A stretch of DNA of 64,000 nucleotides, from sequence record MF360958.1, one strand, 5' to 3'. Under the pieces are notes generated by a model. The model ran no database searches, had not been told where the DNA came from, and worked only from the letters and a program-made list of their open reading frames with translations. The number at the start of each line of letters is the position of its first letter. The first letter of the stretch is position 1. The translations under genes were made by a program, and so were the position numbers. Of the stretch, positions 20,111 through 29,165 are shown piece after piece.

Positions 20111-20704
20111 ATGTATAAATCAATAGCATCTATTCAGTTCCCAGAATATCGTGGTGGTATTAATATCAATATGATGCCTATTGTTTTTGGGTATCCTGAA
20201 ACATATCCTGAAACTATTAAAGGTTATATTCCTCTTATTAATCAATGCAATTTCAATATTGGTGAAATTTGTTACATTACGATCAGTGAAAGCTTTGTAC
20301 CTAAGGATCAGTCTCAGCGTCGTGGCGGTATTCATGTTGAAGCGCCTTATCTGAAATCATGGGGTGGTGGAACTTGGGGTGGTATGACCCGTGATAAAGG
20401 TATTTATATGGCTTCTACTGATGGTAATACCAATGTTTGGGATGAAATTGTAGGAGATCGTGACGAACATGGTGCCTGTGTCCCTTATGGAAATCCTGAA
20501 AAAATGACTCCTAATATTCTTTACTGGATGACTGACAAAACGCCACATCAAGCATTGCCTAGTGATCGTGATTGTTATCGTCAATTTTTTAGGTTAGTAT
20601 CAAGTGAAATTTCCATGTGGCTTTCAAAGCATAATACAAAAAATCCATACGGTGTTAAACCTACGTGTCCAGTTGTTGATATTGATAAGTTTGAGAAGGT
20701 ATAA
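20111..20704 (+). CDS. hypothetical protein, possible 2OG-Fe(II)/double-stranded beta-helix fold
   Basis: RRGGIHVE...MTDKTPHQALP...RQFFRL; GGAG RBS before ATG 20111. Confidence 0.45.
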   Translation: MYKSIASIQFPEYRGGININMMPIVFGYPETYPETIKGYIPLINQCNFNIGEICYITISESFVPKDQSQRRGGIHVEAPYLKSWGGGTWGGMTRDKGIYMASTDGNTNVWDEIVGDRDEHGACVPYGNPEKMTPNILYWMTDKTPHQALPSDRDCYRQFFRLVSSEISMWLSKHNTKNPYGVKPTCPVVDIDKFEKV

Positions 20705-20707
20705 AGC

Positions 20708-21325
20708 ATGAATTCTCAATTTTTATCTATATTAGAAAATGAAATAATAGAAAATCCAAAAAGTATACTTTTACATAAATCTTTATCAGGAGAATATTGG
20801 GATTTAGCAATACAATGTGATTATACTATATGGGATTATATGGAGAATCCATCATATGAGGTACTTGATTATTTGGTGGATATTTATCCATATCAAGTAG
20901 CGTGTAGGTTTAGTCATTTAATGGATGAGCAATTGTGTAAAAAAGCGGTATGTAATCATCCTGCTTCTATTAGTTTTATTGAAAATCCTAGTGAAGATTT
21001 ACAAATTATGGCAGTTCAAAATAATTTGTATGCTATTGAAAATATTAGGGTAGATTTAACTGAAAAGGCAAGGTTTGAAGCTGTAAAACATCATCCTAGT
21101 TCTATTTTATCTATTAAGAATAAAAATATATCAATTGAATTAATGATGGTTGCGCTAGACCATTGTTGGGTGAAAAGTTTATACTTATTTTTAAAAAATA
21201 AAATGAATATTGATTATCATGAACATGATGAGTTTAGAAAACAGTTCAATAAGTTATGGCTGAAAAATGGGCCATTATATAATGACATAAAATATAATAA
21301 ATTTAATGGTGCAACTTGGGTATAA
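20708..21325 (+). CDS. NPS-repeat (DUF4116-like) paralog family protein
   Basis: IENPSEDLQIMAV repeats; C-terminal NKLWLKNGP. Confidence 0.8.
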   Translation: MNSQFLSILENEIIENPKSILLHKSLSGEYWDLAIQCDYTIWDYMENPSYEVLDYLVDIYPYQVACRFSHLMDEQLCKKAVCNHPASISFIENPSEDLQIMAVQNNLYAIENIRVDLTEKARFEAVKHHPSSILSIKNKNISIELMMVALDHCWVKSLYLFLKNKMNIDYHEHDEFRKQFNKLWLKNGPLYNDIKYNKFNGATWV

Positions 21326-21330
21326 AAATT

Positions 21331-21945
21331 ATGGGAAAAATACGTGATATTGAATTAAATAGATTTCCTTATAAAATATTGGAAATAGAAAATCCTAGCA
21401 CGCATCAATGGTATCTTGCTTTGTGTAAAGAACCCTATTTGCTTGAATATAATCAAAATCCTAGTTTTGTATTGCTTGAAAGGATGTGTAAAGAAAAGCC
21501 TCATATAATGATTAGAGATTATCATCATCTATTATCTGAAGATCAAAAAATGACAGCAATATATCATAATCCGGTTATGATTAGTGCTATTGACAATCCT
21601 GATGAAAAAATTCAATTATATGCTGTAATGTTGTCTTCTTATGCTATAACCGGTATTAAAAATCCATCAGAGAAAATTTTGTTACAAGCTGTTAAACATT
21701 GGCCTGATAGTATACTGCGTATTAAAAATAGAAACATTACTAAAGAAATGATATTAATTGCTTTAGAAAAGCGCTGGGATAAGAATTTTTTAGATAGGAT
21801 TGAGAAAAAACTAAGACTAAAACATATTCCAAAAGATCATTGGTTTAAATATGAATTGAAAAAACTTAAAGTAAAAAATGGTCCAATGAGTGATAATCAT
21901 GTTTATTACATAAAATATAAAAATGGTGGCGGAATTGACACATAA
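21331..21945 (+). CDS. NPS-repeat paralog family protein
   Basis: IKNPSEKILLQAV repeats; C-terminal KKLKVKNGP. Confidence 0.8.
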   Translation: MGKIRDIELNRFPYKILEIENPSTHQWYLALCKEPYLLEYNQNPSFVLLERMCKEKPHIMIRDYHHLLSEDQKMTAIYHNPVMISAIDNPDEKIQLYAVMLSSYAITGIKNPSEKILLQAVKHWPDSILRIKNRNITKEMILIALEKRWDKNFLDRIEKKLRLKHIPKDHWFKYELKKLKVKNGPMSDNHVYYIKYKNGGGIDT

Positions 21946-22441
21946 ATGGTATAATAAAGAAAAAGCAATTGATAAAGATAGGGTAGAAATTAATGGAGAT
22001 TATATAAAGAATTATAAAAATCCTAGTGAAAAATTACAACTAATTGCTGTTCAAGAGAATGGTTTAAGTATACGTTTTATCAAAAATCCTACTAAAAAAG
22101 TGAAATATAAAGCTGTAGAAAATCATGAAGCTGCTATTGGTTGGATTGATAATCCTAGTAAAGAGTTACAATTATATGCTATTAAACATTCAATATTAGC
22201 ATTACAATGGATTAAAAATCCTTATTATTGTGTGAAATATAATGCAATATTACAAGATTGTTATGCAATTAAATATTTACAATCTCTTGAAGATGAATTA
22301 CAACTTTTAGCACTTCAGTATTGTCATAATAAAGATAAAAAAGATATCTATAATTTCATTATTCATTTTTACACACGTGATAATGAAGAACGATTTAATC
22401 ATCAAGTTAAAAAATTAAAACTAAAGTACGGGCCTTTTTAA
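21923..22441 (+). CDS. NPS-repeat paralog family protein
   Basis: IDNPSKELQLYAI repeats; C-terminal KKLKLKYGPF. Confidence 0.8.
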   Translation: MVAELTHKWYNKEKAIDKDRVEINGDYIKNYKNPSEKLQLIAVQENGLSIRFIKNPTKKVKYKAVENHEAAIGWIDNPSKELQLYAIKHSILALQWIKNPYYCVKYNAILQDCYAIKYLQSLEDELQLLALQYCHNKDKKDIYNFIIHFYTRDNEERFNHQVKKLKLKYGPF

Positions 22442-22498
22442 TGAATATATTTTAACAAGGATATAAAAAATTGCAATTAAAACATAGAGTTATAAATA

Positions 22499-22909
22499 AT
22501 GACAAAACCAATAATATCTAACAAAGATCTGAATTCAGTCATACATGAAACTTATAGAAAAATACCCCGAAGTGAAATTGTGGAAAATATTTTAGCTAAT
22601 CCATATAATATACAATACGTAGATGATCCTGATGAGCAATTACAAAATATCGCCGTATGTGATAATGGATATGCTATACAATTTATTAAAAATCCTTCAG
22701 AACAAATAATTATTGAAGCTATTGATAACGAACCGCAAAGTATAAAATATCTTGATTATCCTTCTGATAATATTCAATTAAGAGCTATTGAGCATATATG
22801 GAGAATATCATTTTATGATATGATGATGAAAATATTTTCTCGGGATGATGAAGAAAAATTTAATCATGATATTAATAAAATGAAGATAAAGTACGGTCCA
22901 ATGGGTTAA
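22499..22909 (+). CDS. NPS-repeat paralog family protein
   Basis: IKNPSEQIIIEAI repeats; C-terminal NKMKIKYGPM. Confidence 0.8.
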   Translation: MTKPIISNKDLNSVIHETYRKIPRSEIVENILANPYNIQYVDDPDEQLQNIAVCDNGYAIQFIKNPSEQIIIEAIDNEPQSIKYLDYPSDNIQLRAIEHIWRISFYDMMMKIFSRDDEEKFNHDINKMKIKYGPMG

Positions 22910-22919
22910 TTAGGTAGAT

Positions 22920-23720
22920 ATGAGCACAACAAAAAATACTAATAAGAAAGTAACTAAGATCAGTGATTTTTATATTCAAGGTGATCGAATAGGATTTAGA
23001 AATAAACAAAAAGATAATGATACAATTGATTATCGTTTCATGGTTCAGATTAGATGGGAATCAAGCAGAGATTGCATGGGTAGAAATTGTGGGGATGGTC
23101 CTTGTCGATGTGAAGAAATTGAAGAAACATGGATTGAAGATGATCAAGCTGAATTATTTTCTGGTGTTTATCTAAGTGTTTTAAATGCTATCAAGACAAA
23201 AAATTTAACGACCAATCGTAAGGTAAAAGCTGATCAATTTTTAAACACTATTCATAAGTATTGTATTGAGCGTTTATGTGTTCATCATAATGTGCATAAT
23301 AAAGATCTGTATGATATTGATGTTGTAGGTGGTTATTACGGTCAGGAAATTGGTTCAGTAACCTTTGAGAATCAAAAAGAATTAAACGATGATATTTTAT
23401 ACATTCTCAATACATGTAAGAATGATATCGAACGAATTAAATTTATATTGGAAAAAGAGTATGCGTATCTTTTAGACAGTATTGAAAATGTTACACAGTG
23501 TGATATAGAGTATTTTAATGTTAAAGATATTGCGAAAAATAGTATAGAACTAACACGTATTAAAAATAATGACAATGAATATTTTATTGAGCTTGATCCT
23601 AAAAGTATGCCTATAGGAATTATTCACAATAATGTTCTTATTGATGGTCATAATCGTACTAAAAAAATACTAGGGGATATTGACACAAATAAAGAATGTT
23701 GCTATATTGTACTAAGTTAA
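22920..23720 (+). CDS. hypothetical protein with Cys cluster and ParB/Srx-like motif
   Basis: CxxxxCxxxxCRC near the N-terminus; VLIDGHNR near the C-terminus. Confidence 0.5.
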   Translation: MSTTKNTNKKVTKISDFYIQGDRIGFRNKQKDNDTIDYRFMVQIRWESSRDCMGRNCGDGPCRCEEIEETWIEDDQAELFSGVYLSVLNAIKTKNLTTNRKVKADQFLNTIHKYCIERLCVHHNVHNKDLYDIDVVGGYYGQEIGSVTFENQKELNDDILYILNTCKNDIERIKFILEKEYAYLLDSIENVTQCDIEYFNVKDIAKNSIELTRIKNNDNEYFIELDPKSMPIGIIHNNVLIDGHNRTKKILGDIDTNKECCYIVLS

Positions 23721-23737
23721 TTTAAAGGAGAAACACT

Positions 23738-23977
23738 ATGAGTTCTGGTGCAGAATTTCTTGTTGGTAATTATTACGAAGTTGTTGGCCTTGGAGTAATG
23801 GATGGTGATGAAACATGCACTGCTACTTCCACACAACCTACAGGATATGTTCGTCATCCTGATTGGGATGAAATGATTCCTGTGAACCTCAACTACTTCG
23901 GGGAAGGTGAAGTTGGTGAGTTCGCCGTTTACCTTGGATACGACAAGAAAAGGCATAGTCTTTCCTACGAAATGTAA
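23738..23977 (+). CDS. hypothetical protein
   Basis: AAGGAG RBS, 79 aa. Confidence 0.75.
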   Translation: MSSGAEFLVGNYYEVVGLGVMDGDETCTATSTQPTGYVRHPDWDEMIPVNLNYFGEGEVGEFAVYLGYDKKRHSLSYEM

Positions 23978-24057
23978 ACATACCATTCTCCTATATTGTT
24001 CAAATAATATAAATACTATTAGAATAATTAACAGAATATTATAGGATAAAGTTTATA

Positions 24058-24798
24058 ATGAGTATTAAGTGGAATAATGTAAAACAACAAGGTCAATCCA
24101 AAGTAAAGAAAGCAAGCCCTACAGTCGATCTAGGTATTGGTCCTACCGAACTGATAGCGGGTGACATGCAAGCAGGATTTTTCGGAGAGGTTTTAGCTTC
24201 CGAACTATTCACCGGTCCTGAACTAGCTAGTGAAATCAATCTCACAGCAGGTATAGCTCAATATGACAATGAACCATGGCTAAAGTTTGCTTATAAGGGA
24301 GAGATCCTATATGTAGCTAAGAAACCTTACAGACACACCGTTTCTTGGGATGATATACAAGCAGTAGATGCGGTATATGGTGGAGAAAATGATGCGGAAG
24401 TAGGTAAGTCAGGCTATAATTTTAAAGTACGTTTACTAAAAGGTGCTAGTAACGATCCTACCAGTTGGGATGACTCGGGTACTGATGATGAAGGAGCTAG
24501 TAATTCAAGATATGATCCTGTTGAAAGTATTGGATCTGAATGGAATAATTTAATTTATAAAGTTCATGAGTACAGCCCTGTTAACCAAGAAGGTTCAAAT
24601 TGGGCAAATTATACTGATAGTGATATTGTAGTGGGTAGTGGAGATGGTAGAGTTACATGGTGTCAAGAAACACCTAGCTACGATACTTCAAGACGTGTTC
24701 ACCGTGGTAATTCTTCCTTGTCTTACTTCATTACCCCTACCTCGTCTTATTCCCCTTCTATTTGCGGCTGGCGTCCATGCTTAACACTGATCACGTGA
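24058..24798 (+). CDS. putative virion protein with C-type-lectin-like fold; candidate DGR target
   Basis: GPTELIAGD...WLKFAYKG...VSWDDI...SEWN...WCQE...RVHRG...GWRP; late promoter TATAAATA at 24008-24015. Confidence 0.7.
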   Translation: MSIKWNNVKQQGQSKVKKASPTVDLGIGPTELIAGDMQAGFFGEVLASELFTGPELASEINLTAGIAQYDNEPWLKFAYKGEILYVAKKPYRHTVSWDDIQAVDAVYGGENDAEVGKSGYNFKVRLLKGASNDPTSWDDSGTDDEGASNSRYDPVESIGSEWNNLIYKVHEYSPVNQEGSNWANYTDSDIVVGSGDGRVTWCQETPSYDTSRRVHRGNSSLSYFITPTSSYSPSICGWRPCLTLIT

Positions 24799-24877
24799 TC
24801 GCTATCAAGCGCCGATTAAGTCCGAACGAAGGTGAGGATAGGCACTTCTTGCTAAACTTTACTATGTAATATTGTTA

Positions 24878-24910
24878 ATGGGTTAGGTTTTGAGCCTAAC
24901 CCATCGTTTT
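24878..24910 (+). terminator. intrinsic terminator hairpin
   Basis: ATGGGTTAGG-TTTTGAG-CCTAACCCAT followed by CGTTTT. Confidence 0.7.
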
Positions 24911-24997
24911 ATATAATAATTCTAAAAATAAAAGTTGAGTTTTATCCTTTAATATGCTATTATACTTAATATAATCAGCAATAAAGGATAAAACATT

Positions 24998-25465
24998 ATG
25001 ACCACACGAAACCTTAACCGCCTTCTTTCAAAAGCTATTCGAATTGCTTCACAAGCACATGAAGAACAGCTTGATAAAGGTAATTCACCTTATATCCTGC
25101 ATCCAATGCGCATCATGTTCCGTCTTAGAACAGACGACCCTGAACTTAACATGATTGCTATGCTTCATGATGTGATGGAAGATACTCAATGGACACTGGA
25201 TGATTTTATTAATGAAGGCTTCACTGATCGTGTTCTGAATGCTCTAAGGCTTCTTACACACAATAAAGATCATGTTGCCTATGAAGATTATATCGAAAAC
25301 ATGTGCGATAATCTTGATGCTGTTAAAGTGAAAATGGGAGATCTCAAGGATAACTCAGATATCACACGGCTTAAAGGTGTGACTGATAAGGATATTGAAA
25401 GGATGAAGAAATACCATAAATCGTATCTTCGCCTTGACGAAGCTAAAGAAAAACTGGAAGGATAA
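24998..25465 (+). CDS. HD-domain hydrolase (SpoT/Mesh1-like (p)ppGpp hydrolase family)
   Basis: AHEEQLDKGNSPYILHP...AMLHDVMED...KVKMGDLKDN. Confidence 0.85.
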   Translation: MTTRNLNRLLSKAIRIASQAHEEQLDKGNSPYILHPMRIMFRLRTDDPELNMIAMLHDVMEDTQWTLDDFINEGFTDRVLNALRLLTHNKDHVAYEDYIENMCDNLDAVKVKMGDLKDNSDITRLKGVTDKDIERMKKYHKSYLRLDEAKEKLEG

Positions 25466-25466
25466 T

Positions 25467-25495
25467 AAAAAGCCCCTCAAATGAGGGGCTTTTTT
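25467..25495. terminator. bidirectional intrinsic terminator
   Basis: AAAAAGCCCCTCAAATGAGGGGCTTTTTT between convergent genes. Confidence 0.9.
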
Positions 25496-25500
25496 ATAGG

Positions 25501-25746
25501 TTATGAATTTAGTTCTGTGACATCAGCCTCTTGGGCACGAATGATCGTTGCGTATTTGAAATAATGTTTATATTTTTGATACACGTTATTAAAAGTCATC
25601 ACCTTACTTAAACCACCTTCATTGATTGCCATATTTGATCGATGGTATAAGCTAAAACCAATTCGTGACATTTCGCTTGAAAAATCTTCATGAACACGGT
25701 TTCGTGTTTCTTCATCTTTATATTCAAAGTAGATTAGTGTTTTCAT
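25501..25746 (-). CDS. hypothetical protein
   Basis: 81-aa ORF directly downstream of the CheW-like gene, GGAG RBS. Confidence 0.7.
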   Translation of the reverse strand: MKTLIYFEYKDEETRNRVHEDFSSEMSRIGFSLYHRSNMAINEGGLSKVMTFNNVYQKYKHYFKYATIIRAQEADVTELNS

Positions 25747-25756
25747 ATATCAACTC

Positions 25757-26176
25757 CTATAGGTCATGTAGTTCATCAATGTTGACAACATTATACAGAC
25801 CCTCGTTATGTTTTACAACACTAGTGATAATGTTGGTATAGTTGGGTTTAAAGAATACTTTTGAGTATTGTTCTATTTCATCTTCATCAATACTTATTAT
25901 ATCGTTAACCTTTTCAACAATCAATCCTAACAATGTTTCATGGGTATTTTCTGTAATAATGACCATCCCATTTTGAATTTGATTTTGAGCAAAAAACTTG
26001 GAAAGATTGCATAACCCAATAGGGGTTTGCCTGAAATAAGTTATTCCTTCAACAAACCATGGACTACCCGGTGCCTCGGCAATGGTTAAATCTTCAAATT
26101 CTTTAATTTCACAAATATTTTGTATATTAATTGCAAATTGTTGATCGCTGATAGTAAATGTTAAAAATTGTATCAT
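25757..26176 (-). CDS. cheW: CheW-like chemotaxis coupling protein
   Basis: QFLTFTISDQQFAINIQNICEI...PGSPWFVEGITYFRQ...LGLIVEKVNDII. Confidence 0.75.
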   Translation of the reverse strand: MIQFLTFTISDQQFAINIQNICEIKEFEDLTIAEAPGSPWFVEGITYFRQTPIGLCNLSKFFAQNQIQNGMVIITENTHETLLGLIVEKVNDIISIDEDEIEQYSKVFFKPNYTNIITSVVKHNEGLYNVVNIDELHDL

Positions 26177-26263
26177 TAGTATACCTCTATATTACTCTTG
26201 CATTATAACCTAAAAATGTGTATTATCAAGATTGAACTAAACCAACTTTTCCAAGGTGGAGTT

Positions 26264-26506
26264 ATGACAATTGTATTAGACTTTTGGGTATTGTTTGTAA
26301 CACTAGTGATTATCGGTGTTGGATTCCTACAGCATGTCAAGGTTACCCGTTATCCGTACCTCAGTGATCGTGTTCAAGCGTTTGCAAAACCTGAAGCGTA
26401 TCTTCTCATCACTGAGGAAAATCTACATGGGCGTACACTCGTGGTTGTTCTACAAATGTTTTATTTTGTAGCAATGTGTATAATTTTTCTAGGATTATTA
26501 AAATGA
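26264..26506 (+). CDS. small membrane protein
   Basis: Two hydrophobic segments; start moved to ATG 26264 (GGAG RBS). Confidence 0.7.
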   Translation: MTIVLDFWVLFVTLVIIGVGFLQHVKVTRYPYLSDRVQAFAKPEAYLLITEENLHGRTLVVVLQMFYFVAMCIIFLGLLK

Positions 26507-26516
26507 AGGAAGGCGT

Positions 26517-27230
26517 ATGATTTATTTGGATTATTCACAATGGAACGGGGCCTATAATACAAAACAATATTTAAACGACTATATACAAATTCCTATCGAT
26601 ATTTCAACATTACTGGATAATCGTTTATTTGAATTTTATTGTTGTGACAAATGCCCAATAGATTTTTTCTGTAATGAAAAAACCATGAGTAATCATGATA
26701 AAAGAATTATATTTAATTTTATGTATGAACATTATCCACATTATTTAACATTAAAATGGTCCTTTCCTATAATTCCTGCATCACATAAAGAATTTAAATA
26801 TAAAAACACAGTTAATAATGTTTTATTTATAGACGACCAACTCTATCAACATTATGTTAATAAAATTGATCATGAATGTAATAACATTTTAAAACAAATT
26901 TATATTACAAATGAATCTTTAAGAAATAAAATTAATAGAATTTATATTTACCCATATAATATAAATCTGACACTTTATTCAATAAAATCTGCTTTTTATC
27001 AAATCACATCAATAGATGATGTTGAGGCTGTTAAACCAGAAAATCTAGATTTCCAAATTGATACATTTTATCGTTATCGTATCGTTTTTGAAATTGAAGA
27101 AAAGAATGTAAATTATCTCAAACTTGATTCGTATTTTATTGAAAGGTTTTTAAATAATGGAAAAATTTATGATAGCTACGAAGAAGTTGTTAATAAAATG
27201 GTTTCTTCGCAATTATACTTTATGATGTAA
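26517..27230 (+). CDS. paralog family B hypothetical protein
   Basis: LRNKINRIYIYP and IVFEIEEKNVNYLKL motifs shared with 29155, 35653, 36293. Confidence 0.7.
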   Translation: MIYLDYSQWNGAYNTKQYLNDYIQIPIDISTLLDNRLFEFYCCDKCPIDFFCNEKTMSNHDKRIIFNFMYEHYPHYLTLKWSFPIIPASHKEFKYKNTVNNVLFIDDQLYQHYVNKIDHECNNILKQIYITNESLRNKINRIYIYPYNINLTLYSIKSAFYQITSIDDVEAVKPENLDFQIDTFYRYRIVFEIEEKNVNYLKLDSYFIERFLNNGKIYDSYEEVVNKMVSSQLYFMM

Positions 27231-27234
27231 AGAA

Positions 27235-27432
27235 TTGTATTACATTGCTTTTATAGTCTCTGTAGGTTTGGCTTTCTATAATATGAAAATGAATTATGAT
27301 AATGTTAAGATTCCGTTTACTAAATTATCACTCGTGGACACATTGATGTTTGTAATAATTCTATCAATGCTATTATTTTCTCTATTCTGTTTACTTTACA
27401 GTATTAGTTATGGTACACTAATCATTAAATAG
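27235..27432 (+). CDS. small membrane protein
   Basis: Two hydrophobic segments; TTG start. Confidence 0.5.
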   Translation: MYYIAFIVSVGLAFYNMKMNYDNVKIPFTKLSLVDTLMFVIILSMLLFSLFCLLYSISYGTLIIK

Positions 27433-27447
27433 TGAAGGAGATTAAAG

Positions 27448-27675
27448 ATGTCTGACAAAACCGTTCGTTACAATAAAGATTCTCTCGAACTCAACCTTGA
27501 ATGTGTTCTTGGTGTTGATGTTGTTTATCAATCCGGTATGACCAATCCTCGACTAGTGGATCTTGCCGCTAAGCAACTTTTTAAAAATGGAGATATGGGT
27601 AGCGATACAGCAAACGTCATTCGTCAAGCTCTAGTTGATCTTGACAGTCAAGGTTATTTTAATTATACTGACTAA
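27448..27675 (+). CDS. hypothetical protein
   Basis: AAGGAG RBS, 75 aa. Confidence 0.75.
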   Translation: MSDKTVRYNKDSLELNLECVLGVDVVYQSGMTNPRLVDLAAKQLFKNGDMGSDTANVIRQALVDLDSQGYFNYTD

Positions 27676-27705
27676 ATAAATAATACTAAAACATTGAAAA
27701 ACATT

Positions 27706-27790
27706 GGGGATGTGGTGGAAAGGGTATACACGAGAATCTCAAAAATTCTTGGCTTCGGCTATCCCGGTTCAAGTCCGGGCATCCCCACCA
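27706..27790 (+). tRNA. trnL: tRNA-Leu(CAA)
   Basis: Acceptor GGGGATG/CATCCCC, anticodon arm AGAAT-CTCAAAA-ATTCT, long variable arm, TTCAAGT T-loop, encoded CCA. Confidence 0.95.
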
Positions 27791-27824
27791 AACAATAAAA
27801 TTATCCGGCTTAAAGCCGGATAAT

Positions 27825-28691
27825 TTATTTTAGCCATTTTCTTATAGCATTATCTGAAACACCATACCTTCGACCTAATTCCAAATAAGAATTATGTTTT
27901 AATTCTTTCAACAATTGCTCTTTACTAGGTCTATGTTGTACTTTTCGACAATCTGAATGGCAACATTCATAAGAACAATAAGTTCTATTTTTTGCTTTAA
28001 CTTTGTTATTACATACTTTACATAATGGTAGATTCTTATTTTTTGATTTTTCTTTAAGCTTTACATCGTGTTGTTCAATTAATTTATCAACTCTATAATA
28101 ATTTGCTTTTGATGGGGATAGTCCTGAATTTTCTAAAACTTGTTTAACAGTGGTATATTTTGGAATGTTTTTTAATAATACTGTATCGGAAATTCTATTT
28201 CCAGCGTTTTTACGTTGACCGCTACAATATGTCTCAGTTTGAGAATGACAATTTGGACATAATAACCGTAAATTTGTTATATGATGATTTTTTGAATTTC
28301 CATCTATATGATCTAAATGAAATACCAAACGTTCACCATTCCATTCGGTTATATTACATTTAATACATTTTTCTTTAATATAATTATTTTTTATTAGTCT
28401 TATTTTTAGAGCATTAGTACCATAATGAGGATGTTTATTTTCGTATATGATTTCTTCAATAGGAATTTTTTTAGGATCTTTGCGTTTATGTCTGTTTTCG
28501 TCCAATGCTTTGATATGGTCAGATGGTTTATACACACCAAGCTTTTTAGCATATCGTCTGAACGTGGTATAAGCTAATCCACATTCTTTAGCAGCTTGCA
28601 ACATTGATTCATTGTTGTTAGCATAATAGATAATGTCGTTAGATAATTGTTGAGTAAGTTGTATTTTTTTCGGCATTTTTCGAACCCTCAC
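27825..28691 (-). CDS. HNH homing endonuclease
   Basis: CIKC...HLDHIDGNSKNHHITNLRLLCPNCHSQT; HTH-like N- and C-termini. Confidence 0.9.
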   Translation of the reverse strand: MRVRKMPKKIQLTQQLSNDIIYYANNNESMLQAAKECGLAYTTFRRYAKKLGVYKPSDHIKALDENRHKRKDPKKIPIEEIIYENKHPHYGTNALKIRLIKNNYIKEKCIKCNITEWNGERLVFHLDHIDGNSKNHHITNLRLLCPNCHSQTETYCSGQRKNAGNRISDTVLLKNIPKYTTVKQVLENSGLSPSKANYYRVDKLIEQHDVKLKEKSKNKNLPLCKVCNNKVKAKNRTYCSYECCHSDCRKVQHRPSKEQLLKELKHNSYLELGRRYGVSDNAIRKWLK

Positions 28692-28756
28692 ATTGTTAAT
28701 GTATAAATATATTTATGATATTTTGGTTAATATTATATGAAGGTTCGAAAAAGGTG

Positions 28757-28785
28757 TTGACATTACAGGACTGATTAAGTACTAT
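28757..28785 (+). promoter_or_regulatory. sigma70-type promoter for tRNA-Leu(TAA)
   Basis: TTGACA-17 nt-TACTAT, 11 nt before the tRNA. Confidence 0.75.
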
Positions 28786-28796
28786 AACCATATATT

Positions 28797-28881
28797 GCGG
28801 GTATGGTGGAAATGGTAGACACTGGGGTCTTAAAAACCCTTGCTTTTTAGCGTGCCGGTTCAAGTCCGGCTACCCGCACCA
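28797..28881 (+). tRNA. trnL: tRNA-Leu(TAA)
   Basis: Acceptor GCGGGTA/TACCCGC, anticodon arm GGGGT-CTTAAAA-ACCCT, long variable arm, encoded CCA. Confidence 0.95.
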
Positions 28882-28913
28882 AACATACAACCAAATAGTA
28901 CATAGGTTTCACT

Positions 28914-29165
28914 ATGAGTAATAAGCAAAATTTTGAAGCAATGACTGACATTATTATTCAATATGAAGTTGATCATGATATTACCACACAAGCATTACGT
29001 AATGCTTCTGGTGAAGGTCATCCTCAAGCATTAGATATCATTACAGAAGAAGTAAATAAAGCCTTGGTAAATATTGAAAATCGTATCAATAATGAAGTGG
29101 AAGGTTGTGAATATACTGATTGTTTAGATCTCAGTGTTAATGGTGATGCTACTGATGGATTCTGA
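28914..29165 (+). CDS. hypothetical protein
   Basis: 83-aa ORF. Confidence 0.7.
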   Translation: MSNKQNFEAMTDIIIQYEVDHDITTQALRNASGEGHPQALDIITEEVNKALVNIENRINNEVEGCEYTDCLDLSVNGDATDGF

